Shown here piece by piece: positions 31,840 through 44,731 of a stretch of 64,000 nucleotides of DNA (position 1 is the first letter of the stretch; each line of letters begins with the position of its first letter). The notes under the pieces were generated by a model that was given only the letters and a program-made list of their open reading frames with translations, was not told where the DNA came from and searched no databases. A program made the translations under genes and the position numbers. Source of the DNA: an uncultured Pseudomonadota bacterium (GTDB taxonomy: Bacteria > Pseudomonadota > Alphaproteobacteria > Rhizobiales > Beijerinckiaceae); contig CAWAIN010000005.1 in the NCBI GenBank assembly GCA_963782195.1, positions 538,858-602,857 of the forward strand. The letters are read 5' to 3'.

Positions 31840-32817
31840 TCAATTAGCAGGACCAGCCTGCCAAATAGCCACAAGACCGTCAAGTAATTGTCCCTGGGCA
31901 TAAGTTTCCGTGCCGCCCAGCACATTGGCGAGCCCGGAAAAGCCCAAAACCTCGGCGATTTTTGCCGCGCTGCTGAAAATGCCAAAACGCTGAAACCGGT
32001 CTGTCGTCGTCCAATCACGTACCGGCAGCCCATGCGGCACTTTCTTGACGCGCTCGAGCCAGGCGACGCCTTCGCGTTCTTCGCCGATTTCATCGACGAG
32101 CTTCAGCCCGATGCCCTGCCGGCCAGTGAAGACGCGGCCGTCGTCGACCGCCGCCAATTGCGCGTCCGTCATGCCGCGGCGGTCTTTCACCAGGCCTTTG
32201 AACCATGTGTAGCTGTCGGCTACGAGCGACGCGAGCGCGGCACGCACTTCCGGGCTCGTCGGCTCATAGCCACTCGGCTCGGCTTTGAGTGGCGAGGATT
32301 TCACCGAATCCATCTTCACCCCGACCTTGCCAAGAAGGCCCGAGAGATCGGGATATTCAAACAGAACGCCGATCGAGCCGACGAGCGCATTGCCGGGCGA
32401 GACAATGTGATCCGCGCCGATCGCCGCGATATAGGCCCCCGACGCCGCCATCGTGCCGACGACGGCAACCGTCGGCTTTTTCGCCGCCAGACGCCGCAGG
32501 GCAATGAAGAGCTTTTCAGCGCCCGTCGTCGTGCCGCCAGGGCTGTCGATCGCGAGGATCACACCTGCGGTATTTTTGGACTCGGCGACATCGTTGATCA
32601 GTTTCAGCGTCGCCCGGTCCCCCGTGATGACGCCCGAGATCGTGATGCGCGCAATATGCGTGGATGCAAGCCCAAGGCTGGAGCGGCCGGAAAGGCGCAG
32701 ACCAAGGAACACAAGACCGGCAATCAGCAGCAAAATCGAAACGATCCGCCAGAAAGACAATTTCCGCTGCAGCAGCCGCCGGTCAACGATGTAATCGGCG
32801 GGAGATGTATTCGACAT
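31840..32817 (-). CDS. sppA: Signal peptide peptidase SppA
   Basis: IDSPGG, AASGAY, GSIGV, DGRVFTGRQ, LVDEIG. Confidence 0.93.
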   Translation of the reverse strand: MSNTSPADYIVDRRLLQRKLSFWRIVSILLLIAGLVFLGLRLSGRSSLGLASTHIARITISGVITGDRATLKLINDVAESKNTAGVILAIDSPGGTTTGAEKLFIALRRLAAKKPTVAVVGTMAASGAYIAAIGADHIVSPGNALVGSIGVLFEYPDLSGLLGKVGVKMDSVKSSPLKAEPSGYEPTSPEVRAALASLVADSYTWFKGLVKDRRGMTDAQLAAVDDGRVFTGRQGIGLKLVDEIGEEREGVAWLERVKKVPHGLPVRDWTTTDRFQRFGIFSSAAKIAEVLGFSGLANVLGGTETYAQGQLLDGLVAIWQAGPAN

Positions 32818-32853
32818 GCCTGTTCCCTTGGCAGTGGACGCCGGGGCCGGAAC

Positions 32854-34182
32854 CTAAGCCCCAGTGCCTGATGAGGCAAGCCCGCGCGTCGGCACGTTAT
32901 TTTGCATTTGATCGAGTGCCATCAGAGCGAGGCCAGCCGCGACCGATTGAAACGCATCGCCGATGTGAATGCGCGCCTCGTCAAACCGATCCTGAAACAG
33001 AGCCCGGACGGCTGGAACAAAGGATGTTCCCCCAGTGAGGAAAACGGCATCGATATCCTCGAACTGCAATCCAGCTTGCATGACTGCGCGCTCCAGCGCT
33101 TCCGCCAATTTGGCGATATCCGGCGCGATCCATTGCTCGAAATCACGGCGCGTCACCTCGGCCTCGATTTTCACGCCTTCACGGTCGAAGTGGAACGGCA
33201 CGGCATCGGCGCTCGAAAGCGCCGCCTTCACATCGCTGACGCTGCGATAAAGCTCAAATCCTAGATCCATTTCGATCAAGGTCTGCAAATTTTCGAGCAT
33301 CCATGGCGCTTCGGCCACCGAGATCAGCTTTCTCAATTCGGCGAGCGTCGCGCCTGACTTCAGCCAGGAAAATTGATGCCATTGTGCGAAGGCTGCGTAA
33401 AAATAGGCCGGAATCGGCAGAAGCTTGTCGAACGAACGATACGCCGTTCCCTTGCCAAGCCGAGGCGCCACGACATTCGTGATGATCCTGTAGTCGAACG
33501 TATCGCCCGCGACATCGACACCCGTGTGCGCAAGCGGATGTGCGACGAAACTCTCGCCCTGGCGCTCGAAACGCAGGACCGAGAAATCGCTGGTGCCGCC
33601 ACCGAAATCCGCGACCAGCACCGTCTCGTCGCGTTGCAGCTGGCGCGCATACCAATAGGCTGCGCCGAGCGGCTCGTATGCCAGCCGCACCTGCGGCAGC
33701 CCGGCATCATGATAGGATTGCTTCAGACGCGCGACCGCCAGATCCTCATCCGGCCGCTCGCCGGCAAAGACCACGGGTCGGCCGCTAACCACCCGCAAGT
33801 TTCGCACGAGATCGCGCGTATCGCCGAGCAGATGGGTGAGGAAGGTTGAGACCAGCCGCTCGATCGTGAAACGCTCGCCATAGAGCCGCGTCTCGCTGAA
33901 GAGCGGGCTCGCCAGATGCGTCTTGATCGATTGGATGAAGCGCTGCTCGCCCTCCGCCGCGATAGCGCGTTGAAGCGCCTCGGGCCCGGCGACATGTTTC
34001 ACCGCACGGCCTTCGCGCCAGAACATCAGGGCGGTGCGAAAGGTCTGCGTCGGCCCGGCAGCGCTCGGCCACGTCAGGGTTTCGACATGCCCGTCCCGTC
34101 CCGCGATCGCGACGACCGAATTCGTCGTCCCAAAGTCCACGCCGATCGCGACGCCGTCTGCGATATTCATATGACCATTCAT
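32854..34182 (-). CDS. Hsp70-family protein (YegD-like, ATPase domain only)
   Basis: GVDFGTTNS, YEPLGAA, VADFGGGTSDFS, FLTGGTS; 442 aa with no substrate-binding domain. Confidence 0.88.
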   Translation of the reverse strand: MNGHMNIADGVAIGVDFGTTNSVVAIAGRDGHVETLTWPSAAGPTQTFRTALMFWREGRAVKHVAGPEALQRAIAAEGEQRFIQSIKTHLASPLFSETRLYGERFTIERLVSTFLTHLLGDTRDLVRNLRVVSGRPVVFAGERPDEDLAVARLKQSYHDAGLPQVRLAYEPLGAAYWYARQLQRDETVLVADFGGGTSDFSVLRFERQGESFVAHPLAHTGVDVAGDTFDYRIITNVVAPRLGKGTAYRSFDKLLPIPAYFYAAFAQWHQFSWLKSGATLAELRKLISVAEAPWMLENLQTLIEMDLGFELYRSVSDVKAALSSADAVPFHFDREGVKIEAEVTRRDFEQWIAPDIAKLAEALERAVMQAGLQFEDIDAVFLTGGTSFVPAVRALFQDRFDEARIHIGDAFQSVAAGLALMALDQMQNNVPTRGLASSGTGA

Positions 34183-34197
34183 CGAGGGGACTGACAG

Positions 34198-34232
34198 AAA
34201 AGGCCCGCACGGCTTGCACCGCGCGGGCCCTC
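34198..34232 (-). terminator. Intrinsic terminator of rpsA
   Basis: Minus strand GGCCCGCGCGG-loop-CCGTGCGGGCC followed by TTTT. Confidence 0.7.
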
Positions 34233-34255
34233 AATTCCGAAAAATTCGACGAAAA

Positions 34256-36013
34256 TTATTCCTCGTCGTCCTGCTTCTTTTTGGCGCCCTTCTTGGTGTC
34301 CGTGTCGCGCGCTTTCAGCGCCGCACCAAGAATATCGCCGAGCACCGCGCCGGAATCGGCCGAACCGAACTGGGCGATCGCTTCCTTTTCTTCGGCGACT
34401 TCGAGCGCCTTGATCGAAACCGCAACCTTGCGGGCGCGGCGATCGAGCTGCGTGATGCGGGCATCGACCTTTTCACCGACAGCGAAACGGTCGGGCCGCT
34501 GATCGGCGCGGTCGCGGGCCAATTCGCTGCGCTTGATGAACGCAACGAGATCGGTGCCGGTGATCTTGACGTCGATACCGCCCTCTTTCACGTCGATCAC
34601 TTCGCAGGTGACGATCGAGCCCTTCTTGAAGTCGGCGCCACCTTCTTCCGCGGCAGGCGCCTCGAACGGATCCGTGCCGAGCTGCTTCACGCCGAGCGAA
34701 ATGCGCTCCTTCTCCTGATCGACATCAAGCACCTTGGCGCGAATGATATCGCCCTTCTTGTAGTCGTCGATCACCTGCTCGCCGGGCTTGTTCCAGTCGA
34801 GATCGGAGAGGTGGACCATGCCGTCCACATCGCCTTCGAGGCCGACGAACAGGCCGAACTCGGTCTTGTTCTTGACCTCGCCCTCGACAATGCTGCCGAC
34901 CGGATGCTTCTCGGCAAAATCTTCCCACGGATTGGTCAGAGTTTGCTTGAGGCCGAGCGAAATACGGCGCTTGACCGGATCGACTTCGAGAACCTGAACA
35001 TCGACTTCCTGGCTCGTCGCGACGATCTTGCCGGGGTGAACGTTCTTCTTGGTCCACGACATTTCCGAGACGTGGATCAGGCCTTCGATGCCCGGCTCCA
35101 GTTCGACGAACGCGCCATAGTCGGTGATGTTGGTCACGCGGCCATGAATGCGGGCATTGATCGGATATTTGGCGTCGATGCCCTGCCACGGGTCGTCGAG
35201 CAATTGCTTCATGCCGAGCGAGATGCGGTGCGTCTCGTGATTGATCTTGATGATCTTGACCTTCACCGTCTGGCCAATGGTCAGAACTTCGCTCGGATGA
35301 TTGACGCGGCGCCAGGCAATGTCGGTGACATGCAACAGACCGTCGATGCCGCCGAGATCCACGAACGCACCGTAATCGGTGATGTTCTTGACGACGCCGT
35401 CGATCACCTGACCTTCTTCGAGGTTGGCGACGATCTCGTGGCGCTGCTCGGCGCGGCTCTCTTCCAGCACGGTGCGGCGGGAGACGACGATGTTGCCGCG
35501 CCGGCGATCCATCTTGAGGATCTGAAACGGCTGCGTGACGTGCATCAGAGGTGTCACATCGCGGATCGGCCGGATATCGACCTGGCTGCGCGGCAGAAAC
35601 GCCACGGCGCCGTCGAGATCGACAGTGAAGCCACCCTTGACCTGATTGAAGATGACGCCTTCGACCTTTTCCTGCTTCTCGAAGGCCTTTTCGAGCCGCA
35701 CCCAGCTCTCTTCGCGCCTAGCCTTGTCGCGCGAGATCACCGCCTCGCCGAGCGCATTTTCGATCCGCTCGAGATAAACTTCGACTTCGTCACCGACGCT
35801 CAGCGTGCCTTCACGCCCCGGGCCCTGAAATTCCTTAAGGGCGACACGGCCTTCGGTCTTGAGGCCGACGTCAATGACGGCGACATCCTTTTCGATGGCG
35901 ACGACCTTGCCCTTGATAACCGCGCCTTCGAGAGCTTCGTTCTCGCCATAGCTCTCATCGAGAAGTGCGGCAAAATCCTCGCGCGACGGCGCGTAGGTAC
36001 TGGTAGATGTCAT
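34256..36013 (-). CDS. rpsA: 30S ribosomal protein S1
   Basis: Repeated S1 domains (YGAFVDLGG.DGLLHV, YGAFVELEPGIEGLIHVSE, FGLFVGL..DGMVHLSD). Confidence 0.98.
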   Translation of the reverse strand: MTSTSTYAPSREDFAALLDESYGENEALEGAVIKGKVVAIEKDVAVIDVGLKTEGRVALKEFQGPGREGTLSVGDEVEVYLERIENALGEAVISRDKARREESWVRLEKAFEKQEKVEGVIFNQVKGGFTVDLDGAVAFLPRSQVDIRPIRDVTPLMHVTQPFQILKMDRRRGNIVVSRRTVLEESRAEQRHEIVANLEEGQVIDGVVKNITDYGAFVDLGGIDGLLHVTDIAWRRVNHPSEVLTIGQTVKVKIIKINHETHRISLGMKQLLDDPWQGIDAKYPINARIHGRVTNITDYGAFVELEPGIEGLIHVSEMSWTKKNVHPGKIVATSQEVDVQVLEVDPVKRRISLGLKQTLTNPWEDFAEKHPVGSIVEGEVKNKTEFGLFVGLEGDVDGMVHLSDLDWNKPGEQVIDDYKKGDIIRAKVLDVDQEKERISLGVKQLGTDPFEAPAAEEGGADFKKGSIVTCEVIDVKEGGIDVKITGTDLVAFIKRSELARDRADQRPDRFAVGEKVDARITQLDRRARKVAVSIKALEVAEEKEAIAQFGSADSGAVLGDILGAALKARDTDTKKGAKKKQDDEE

Positions 36014-36164
36014 ACATTCTCCTGAAATGCCCAATCGGGCAAAACGCCGGCGGTTAAAGGGTTGACGGAGCTTCTTCCCACCGTGGCCTGCCCAAGGACA
36101 GGATCACCCGCATCAAAAAGGCGGACCGGCGTCGGACGGCGGAAAAAAGCTAGGTTCGGGCGGC

Positions 36165-36193
36165 TATGTAGCAAGAGCGCGCCCCCTGGGCAA
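36165..36193 (-). promoter_or_regulatory. Putative sigma70 promoter of rpsA
   Basis: TTGCCC-N17-TACATA on the minus strand ~150 nt upstream of the rpsA start; sequence match only. Confidence 0.4.
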
Positions 36194-36259
36194 GGGGCGC
36201 GCGTCAAGAGACCGACGAAAACGGGTGGAGGGGCGCTTTCGCGGCCAGATCGCCAGCGA

Positions 36260-36829
36260 TCAGCCCGGCAAAAGCACCGTGTTGATCACGTGAATGACGC
36301 CATTGCTCTGGTTGACATTGGGGATCGTGATCCACGCCTTGTCGCCCTTGGCGTCAATAAGTTCGAGTTTGCCGTCATATTCCTTGACCGTCAGCGGCGC
36401 GCCCTCGACGGTCTTCAGCATCGCCTGGCCACCACCCATCTTGACCATTTCCTTGAGTTGGCGCGCCGAATAGCGGCCGGCAACGACATGATAGGTCAAA
36501 ACTGACACGAGGGTGGATTTGCTCTCGGGCTTGAGCAGAGTATCGACGGTGCCCGGCGGCAATTTGGCGAAAGCTTCGTTCGTCGGCGCGAAGACCGTGA
36601 ATGGGCCAGCACCTTCGAGCGTTTCGACAAGGCCGGCGGCCTTCACGGCCGCGACCAAGGTCGTATGATCCTTCGAATGAACGGCATTTTGAACGATATT
36701 CCGCGACGGATACATCGCCGCGCCACCGACCATCGGGTCCGAGGACATCATCGTCGCCTGCGCCGCGAAGCCGGAAAATCCGGTTAGCGTTGCGGCGAGC
36801 ACGAGAGCATTGAGTTTCGAGAACTTCAT
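36260..36829 (-). CDS. Secreted fasciclin (FAS1) domain protein, MPT70/Nex18-like
   Basis: Signal peptide; H1 GPFTVFAPTNEAF, LTYHVV, H2 NGVIHVINTVLLP. Confidence 0.93.
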   Translation of the reverse strand: MKFSKLNALVLAATLTGFSGFAAQATMMSSDPMVGGAAMYPSRNIVQNAVHSKDHTTLVAAVKAAGLVETLEGAGPFTVFAPTNEAFAKLPPGTVDTLLKPESKSTLVSVLTYHVVAGRYSARQLKEMVKMGGGQAMLKTVEGAPLTVKEYDGKLELIDAKGDKAWITIPNVNQSNGVIHVINTVLLPG

Positions 36830-36896
36830 GGTTCGTCTCCTTGAGCGGACGCCGCCGGCGGCAGACTTTAGGGTCCCACCACGCGCGTCATTTTCA

Positions 36897-36924
36897 TCTA
36901 CGGAAGGAGATCGAAACGGGTTTC
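36897..36924 (-). promoter_or_regulatory. Putative ECF-sigma promoter of the fasciclin gene
   Basis: GAAACC-N16-CGTAGA on the minus strand, matching the general ECF AAC/CGT pattern. Confidence 0.45.
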
Positions 36925-37020
36925 GCGATTTGAAAAGAATTTCGCACGCGGCGGCGCGCGCCTAGACTTTATTTCGTATCCGTCGTTAAGGAGACTGGGT
37001 GCCAAGACAGGATTGTCGCA

Positions 37021-37575
37021 TTGACGCAGTTGGACAATAGCGAACTCGTCACCTTCCTCGTTGCAACGGCGCGTGGCGACCGCGCAGCCTTCGCCGAACT
37101 TTATCAGCGCACCGCACCGAAACTTTTTGCGATTCTCTTGCGTATTCTTCCCAGCAAGAGCGTGGCGGAAGAGGCGCTCCAGGACGTCTTTTTGAAAATT
37201 TGGCAGAATGCGGGAAGTTTTTCGCCCGAAGCCGGCCCCGCGATGGGGTGGTTGGTATCGATCACGCGCAACCGCGCGATCGATATCATCCGCGCGAAAA
37301 ATCCGGCGAAACCTGCTGAAACCGAAAACACGGATTTTCTCGCAAATATCGCCGATCTTTCCGGCGGCGAGGAGCAGATGATGGAACTCGCCGCTTTACG
37401 GCATTGTCTTGGAACGCTCGAAGAATCGGCGCGCAATTGCATTCTGCTCGCCTATTACGACGGCTATTCGCGCGAGGAACTGGCGAGCCGCTTCGGCCGC
37501 CCCGTCGGCACGATCAAGACATGGCTGCATCGTAGCCTTGCGTTGCTCAAGTCATGTCTGGAGGCCGCGACATGA
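37021..37575 (+). CDS. ECF RNA polymerase sigma factor (SigK-like)
   Basis: AEEALQDVFLKIW, ITRNRAID, LAYYDGYSREELA, PVGTIKTWLHRSL. Confidence 0.92.
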   Translation: MTQLDNSELVTFLVATARGDRAAFAELYQRTAPKLFAILLRILPSKSVAEEALQDVFLKIWQNAGSFSPEAGPAMGWLVSITRNRAIDIIRAKNPAKPAETENTDFLANIADLSGGEEQMMELAALRHCLGTLEESARNCILLAYYDGYSREELASRFGRPVGTIKTWLHRSLALLKSCLEAAT

Positions 37576-38236
37576 GCGACGAGCCCGACATGCAGGCCGC
37601 CGAATATGTTCTCGGCATACTCCCGGCGGACGAACGCAGCGCCTTTGAGGCATTGCTTGCGCACGATCCCGCGGCGCGGCAGGCCGTAGAGAACTGGCAG
37701 CGCCATCTATTGCCGCTCAACTATATACTCAACGATGTCGAGCCGCCGGAACGCGTTTGGCAAGCGATCGAAACGGCGTTGCCAGCGTCGATCGCGGCGA
37801 CGCCCTCGCTGCTCCTGCTGCGCCGGTCGCGAAATCGCTGGCGCACCGCGGCACTTGTCGCAGGCGCTTTGGCGGCCGGATTCGCGGCCGTCAGCTTCGA
37901 TCATCTTTTGAAGACGCCACGCGAAGCCGGGGGCAGCTATGTCGCGGTTGTCAATCGCACCGGCGATCAGCCTGCGCTCATCATCCGCGTCGATCTCGCG
38001 ACGCGCACCGTCTTCGTGCGGCCTGTGGCGACAAGTGTTCCGCAAGGCCACAGTCTCGAACTTTGGTATATCGGGAACCATCTGGCGCCGAAGTCGATGG
38101 GCCTCGTCGACAAGATCGATCGCAGCATTTCGCTGCCGGAAGGCGCGCCCATCGAGAAGGCGAATTTTGCCGTGACCGTCGAGCCCCCGGGCGGCTCACC
38201 GTCAGGCGCACCGACAGGGCCGATCGTTTATTCCGG

Positions 38237-38255
<19 letters not shown>
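37572..38255 (+). CDS. Anti-sigma factor, RskA family
   Basis: [18 protein letters not shown], one TM helix, [26 protein letters not shown]; coupled to the sigma gene. Confidence 0.9.
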
Positions 38256-40852
<2,597 letters not shown>

Positions 40853-40898
40853 AGCATAAGTCCGAAAACGTGAAGCCGTTTTCGGACAATCCGATGCG
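40853..40898 (+). repeat. Intergenic repeat family B copy 2 (abuts the TIGR02300 stop)
   Basis: AGCATAAGTCCGAAAACGTGAAGCCGTTTTCGGACAATCCGATGCG, similar to the reverse complement of 30324-30370. Confidence 0.65.
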
Positions 40899-40907
40899 CT
40901 CAGGTTT

Positions 40908-40962
40908 TTGTTGTGATGCGTTTTCTTTACGCGAACCGGTTCGCACTTCGCTCGAAAACGCT
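40908..40962 (-). repeat. Intergenic repeat family A copy 2
   Basis: Reverse complement matches 14059-14103 at 40 of 45 nt; lies head-to-head with family B copy 2, forming a mosaic. Confidence 0.8.
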
Positions 40963-41068
40963 CTTAATGGCTGCTTGTGGCGGCAGTTTATTGCGTCTAT
41001 ATAGCCGCTCCGCGTCAGCCGAACTGGCACTCAAATCCCACCCAAAGATTTGAGCGGCGCGAAGGTTT

Positions 41069-41144
<76 letters not shown>

Positions 41145-41194
41145 ATTAAATCAAAGACTTATCTGAAAAATCGGCAGAACCTTCCCGCTAGCTG

Positions 41195-44100
41195 TTAATT
41201 AGCTACCCCCATCAGTGGATCGTCATCCTCAAAGGCGGCCTCACTCGCGAAATTATGAAGCGCAGGCCGATGGATCGGATCGGCGCCGATCGTGCCAACG
41301 AGCGCTGTCAGATATTCCGGCGTGCTGATCCGCTCCAGCTCGGCGCGTGCATAGTCCAGCCGGGCGTCGATTCCGAGCCGCTTTGCCTCCTCACGGTGGC
41401 CGGCGCGTGTCAGAAACTCCCTCAGGCTCCGGGTATGGCGGGCCCAGAGCGCCACGTCCCGCTGCTGCTTCGTCGCGAGGCGCTCGCGATACCAATCGCT
41501 CGCGAGCAGCGCCTCGCGAGTGAAGAGCGTCCGTATCTCGGGATCGCTCGCGGTCTTCCCCTCATAGCTTCCCCGCGCCATGATGTGGAGCAGCGCCTTG
41601 AGCGGTGGGCAGGCATCATCGATCGTGCCGTCTGTGAAGTATCCCTCAGCGACGCGCTGCTGCGCCTCCACGATGTTGTTGACGCCATCGGCGAATACCG
41701 CGGGATCCTGAAGTTCGGGTTTGAGGATGTCGTCCGTGAATACGACGGTAGGATTGTCGAAGACGCGTCCGAAGTAGGTGTGCACGAACTTGGCCGTGAT
41801 GCGGTAGCCCAGCCGGCTGGCCAACACCTGCCTTCCGCCGAAGCTATAGTCTTCGAGTTTCTCCAGATGCCCCGCCTCTATCAGTCGTCTTGGGTCCCGC
41901 TCATGCGGAAACAGCCTGCACCAGATCTCCGGAATCAGCAGGCTGATGTCGTGGTCCACACGAAGGTGCGGGCCGATAAAGCCGGCGGCTGAGCTGAAGC
42001 CCCCGTACCCGGTGAGCAGCATCGAGACGAGCGCGTTGTTGAGATCGGCTGTGGTCTGGATAGCGTTGAACGGCCCTTTGGTGAGCGCGCCCTCCGATCC
42101 TGCGCCCGTGGTGCTGGGCGACGTGCCTGTCACCGAGCACACGTAGTCCATGAACAGCTCCGGCAGCTCCTGGTAGTGGATGGGCCCGTAGACGCAGAGC
42201 GGGCGGATGCCTTCCTCCGGCCGGTTGTTCCGCCGGCCCGACAACACGCTGATCACCGGAAACACCACCGATGCTTCGAGCGGAAGGCGGCGATTTAGCC
42301 GCGCGCCCATCTCCGCAATGTAACGGTCACGCGGCCGGGCCATATCGGGCCGGACCTGTAGGTAGCGCGGATTCTTGGTGCGCTTGCCGTCAACGAGCCT
42401 CGGCTCTGCCGAGCAGATCGAATAACCGTCATCGGCGCGCGCCGCGTTCCGAGCCACATGTTCGCGCATCGGGCGCGTGAAACTGTCCTGCACCGCAACG
42501 TCCTCGACGATGCTCTGGCTGTCCGCGTGCGTGAGCGGCTGAAAGTTGGAGGAGAAGAGCCCCGGGCTCGCCATGTCTTCTTCAGTCTGCCTGTCGAGCC
42601 CCGGATGAATGGCATCGTCGGGCCGCTGGAAAAGCCTGAATTCGCAGTTCTGCGCCAACTTGAGGCTCGGGTGCCCTTCATATTCGGCCGGCAGTCCGTC
42701 CAGGTTCTGCGCGGGGACCACGACCGAGGCAGTGATGTCGTCCTCCATCTGCACTTTGTCGGCAGCGACGAAATCCTGTCTCAGTTTGTAGGTCCGCCAG
42801 GCACCGTCCTCCTGGCGACCGATCCGGAGGTAGTTGGCGACGAGCCGCCGTCCCTCGTACTTGAGTTCGTGCCCCGGGGCGCCGTTGATGATGTCCACGC
42901 TGAAATGTTGACGCCAATCCTTGCCCCACTCGGGGCTGTAGAAGCGCTTGATCACGAACACCAGCGCTCGCACGTGGTTCGGAATGCTTTCCAGCCAGGC
43001 GTTGTACTTGGGTGTGAACTCCGCGTTGGGTGTCAGGAGCTTGATCACCGAGCCGAGCGAACGTTCGAGCGACAGGATCGACCGCGAGGGGCCGCCGCTG
43101 TTGCCATCACGCAGATCTGGCAGTCGCGCGTCGGCGTAATCGCGGTCGAAGATTTCTTCGACCAGCGCCATGTCCTCCTCGAAATTGCGCACATGGAACG
43201 ACCCCGGCAGCACCGCATCCACCAGGCTTTTGCTGATCTCCGACTTGCCGCCGCCGGAGACCGTGCAGGGTTTGTGGCAAAAAGTGCCCTCGGGCACCGT
43301 GCCGATCAATCGCCAGCTCGGCGCCCCGCCATACTTGGCCATCCGGACTTTGTAGCCGCTCGGATGAATGTAAATCTGGCCAGGCAGCAGCTTTAGGTGC
43401 TGCGTCTCGCCATGCAGGGTCCACGTAATGTCCTGGCGATGGATGTCTATCTCCATATCCTCGGGCATGTAGTGGATTTCGGAGTAAATCCCGTCGGTGG
43501 CATAGCCCGATGGGTGGAGCTTCGCGCGTTCCCCGAGGAGCGCGAGCACCTCCTTGAATTTGTGCTGCCTGGCGCCATCGAGCCGCATGAGATCTGGGGC
43601 GAAGCGGTCGCCAAGACTAAAGGTCGCGAACGCCAACGCGCCGCCAGCGTGCTCCTCTTCAGCCCCGCCGAACAGATTCGCGCTGTAGCCAATCTGAGTC
43701 TTCACTTCCTTCTTGCAATAGCCGAAGTAATTGTCAGCGAGGATGGTGACCATCACACCATCCATGTCACGCGAGGTGATCTTGAACGGGCGACCCTCGT
43801 TGTAGATCTCGTTTTCGTCGGTCCAGCACATGCCTGCGGCACGCTGAGCCTGCGTGGCCTCGCTCGCGTGCGGGAGGCCAACGTCCTTCTTCTTCAGCCG
43901 CGTAAGATGCGGCGCCAAAATCACGCAGCCGCTGTGGCCCGTCCAGCCGTCCACATCGATCGCAGCGTCATTGGCCGGGAGATAGGGATCGCCGGCATTG
44001 CCGAAAATGCTCTCCACAAAGTCGAGGTTCGAGACCAGGCCGCCGGGGACGAAGTAGCGGATCTCGTTGCGCTTCTCCGGCGAGATCCCCGGCACCGCCG

Positions 44101-44731
44101 GACAGACGAGCGGCCGCAGCAACAGCGAGACCATGGTCTCGACCGGCTCTGGCCAATTCGCAGTAAACGGCAGGCGCAAAAGTTCGGGCGGCGGTCGGAG
44201 CGCCTCCTCAAGCAGGCGCACATAAGTGATGAGCGGCACGCGGGTTTTATCCGCGGGAATTGGAAGCCCGCCCTCAGCTACGTGAAAGACCCCCTGCGTG
44301 GTGCGGCGGTCGTTGACCGGGTTGTGCAAAACTCCATTATCAAGTCGATAGCTTGAGACGAGTTCGTTGTGCCAGGCATCGGCGTTGACCGGAAGCGACA
44401 GCTCCCGAGCGAGCCCATATTGGTCGAGAATGAAGGTCTCCGCAGGCAGGCGTACATACGCTGTGGTTGCGACATCCGCGAGCAGCTTGTCGATGTAGCG
44501 CTGAATTCTCGCGTCGGCGGGGCAAAGATGTTGAGAGAGCAGCCGGGTCTGCTCACGATAGCGCGCGAAGAGGTCGCCCGCCATGTGAAGCAATTCCTGG
44601 TCGCCGTTATCCTCGGGAATCCGGACGCCCATCGCCGCAAGCTTGAGCAGGATCGACCTGATGGCAGCGGATCGCTGCGGCGGAAGGACAGACCCATCCG
44701 CCTTGAGTCCTACTGCGCGTTCGAGCTCCAT
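41195..44731 (-). CDS. Pyrophosphate-dependent phosphoenolpyruvate carboxykinase (PEP carboxytransphosphorylase, EC 4.1.1.38)
   Basis: 1178 aa; NGVLHNP..DRRTT.GVFH, NLDFVESIFGNAGDPYLP.ND, WTGHSGCVILAPHL, ADNYFGYCKKEVKTQ, CHKPCTVSGGGKSEISKSL, SPSTTGAGSEGALTKGPFNA match my recollection of the Propionibacterium/Entamoeba PPi-PEPCK family; GGAGGGAG RBS. Confidence 0.9.
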   Translation of the reverse strand: MELERAVGLKADGSVLPPQRSAAIRSILLKLAAMGVRIPEDNGDQELLHMAGDLFARYREQTRLLSQHLCPADARIQRYIDKLLADVATTAYVRLPAETFILDQYGLARELSLPVNADAWHNELVSSYRLDNGVLHNPVNDRRTTQGVFHVAEGGLPIPADKTRVPLITYVRLLEEALRPPPELLRLPFTANWPEPVETMVSLLLRPLVCPAVPGISPEKRNEIRYFVPGGLVSNLDFVESIFGNAGDPYLPANDAAIDVDGWTGHSGCVILAPHLTRLKKKDVGLPHASEATQAQRAAGMCWTDENEIYNEGRPFKITSRDMDGVMVTILADNYFGYCKKEVKTQIGYSANLFGGAEEEHAGGALAFATFSLGDRFAPDLMRLDGARQHKFKEVLALLGERAKLHPSGYATDGIYSEIHYMPEDMEIDIHRQDITWTLHGETQHLKLLPGQIYIHPSGYKVRMAKYGGAPSWRLIGTVPEGTFCHKPCTVSGGGKSEISKSLVDAVLPGSFHVRNFEEDMALVEEIFDRDYADARLPDLRDGNSGGPSRSILSLERSLGSVIKLLTPNAEFTPKYNAWLESIPNHVRALVFVIKRFYSPEWGKDWRQHFSVDIINGAPGHELKYEGRRLVANYLRIGRQEDGAWRTYKLRQDFVAADKVQMEDDITASVVVPAQNLDGLPAEYEGHPSLKLAQNCEFRLFQRPDDAIHPGLDRQTEEDMASPGLFSSNFQPLTHADSQSIVEDVAVQDSFTRPMREHVARNAARADDGYSICSAEPRLVDGKRTKNPRYLQVRPDMARPRDRYIAEMGARLNRRLPLEASVVFPVISVLSGRRNNRPEEGIRPLCVYGPIHYQELPELFMDYVCSVTGTSPSTTGAGSEGALTKGPFNAIQTTADLNNALVSMLLTGYGGFSSAAGFIGPHLRVDHDISLLIPEIWCRLFPHERDPRRLIEAGHLEKLEDYSFGGRQVLASRLGYRITAKFVHTYFGRVFDNPTVVFTDDILKPELQDPAVFADGVNNIVEAQQRVAEGYFTDGTIDDACPPLKALLHIMARGSYEGKTASDPEIRTLFTREALLASDWYRERLATKQQRDVALWARHTRSLREFLTRAGHREEAKRLGIDARLDYARAELERISTPEYLTALVGTIGADPIHRPALHNFASEAAFEDDDPLMGVAN

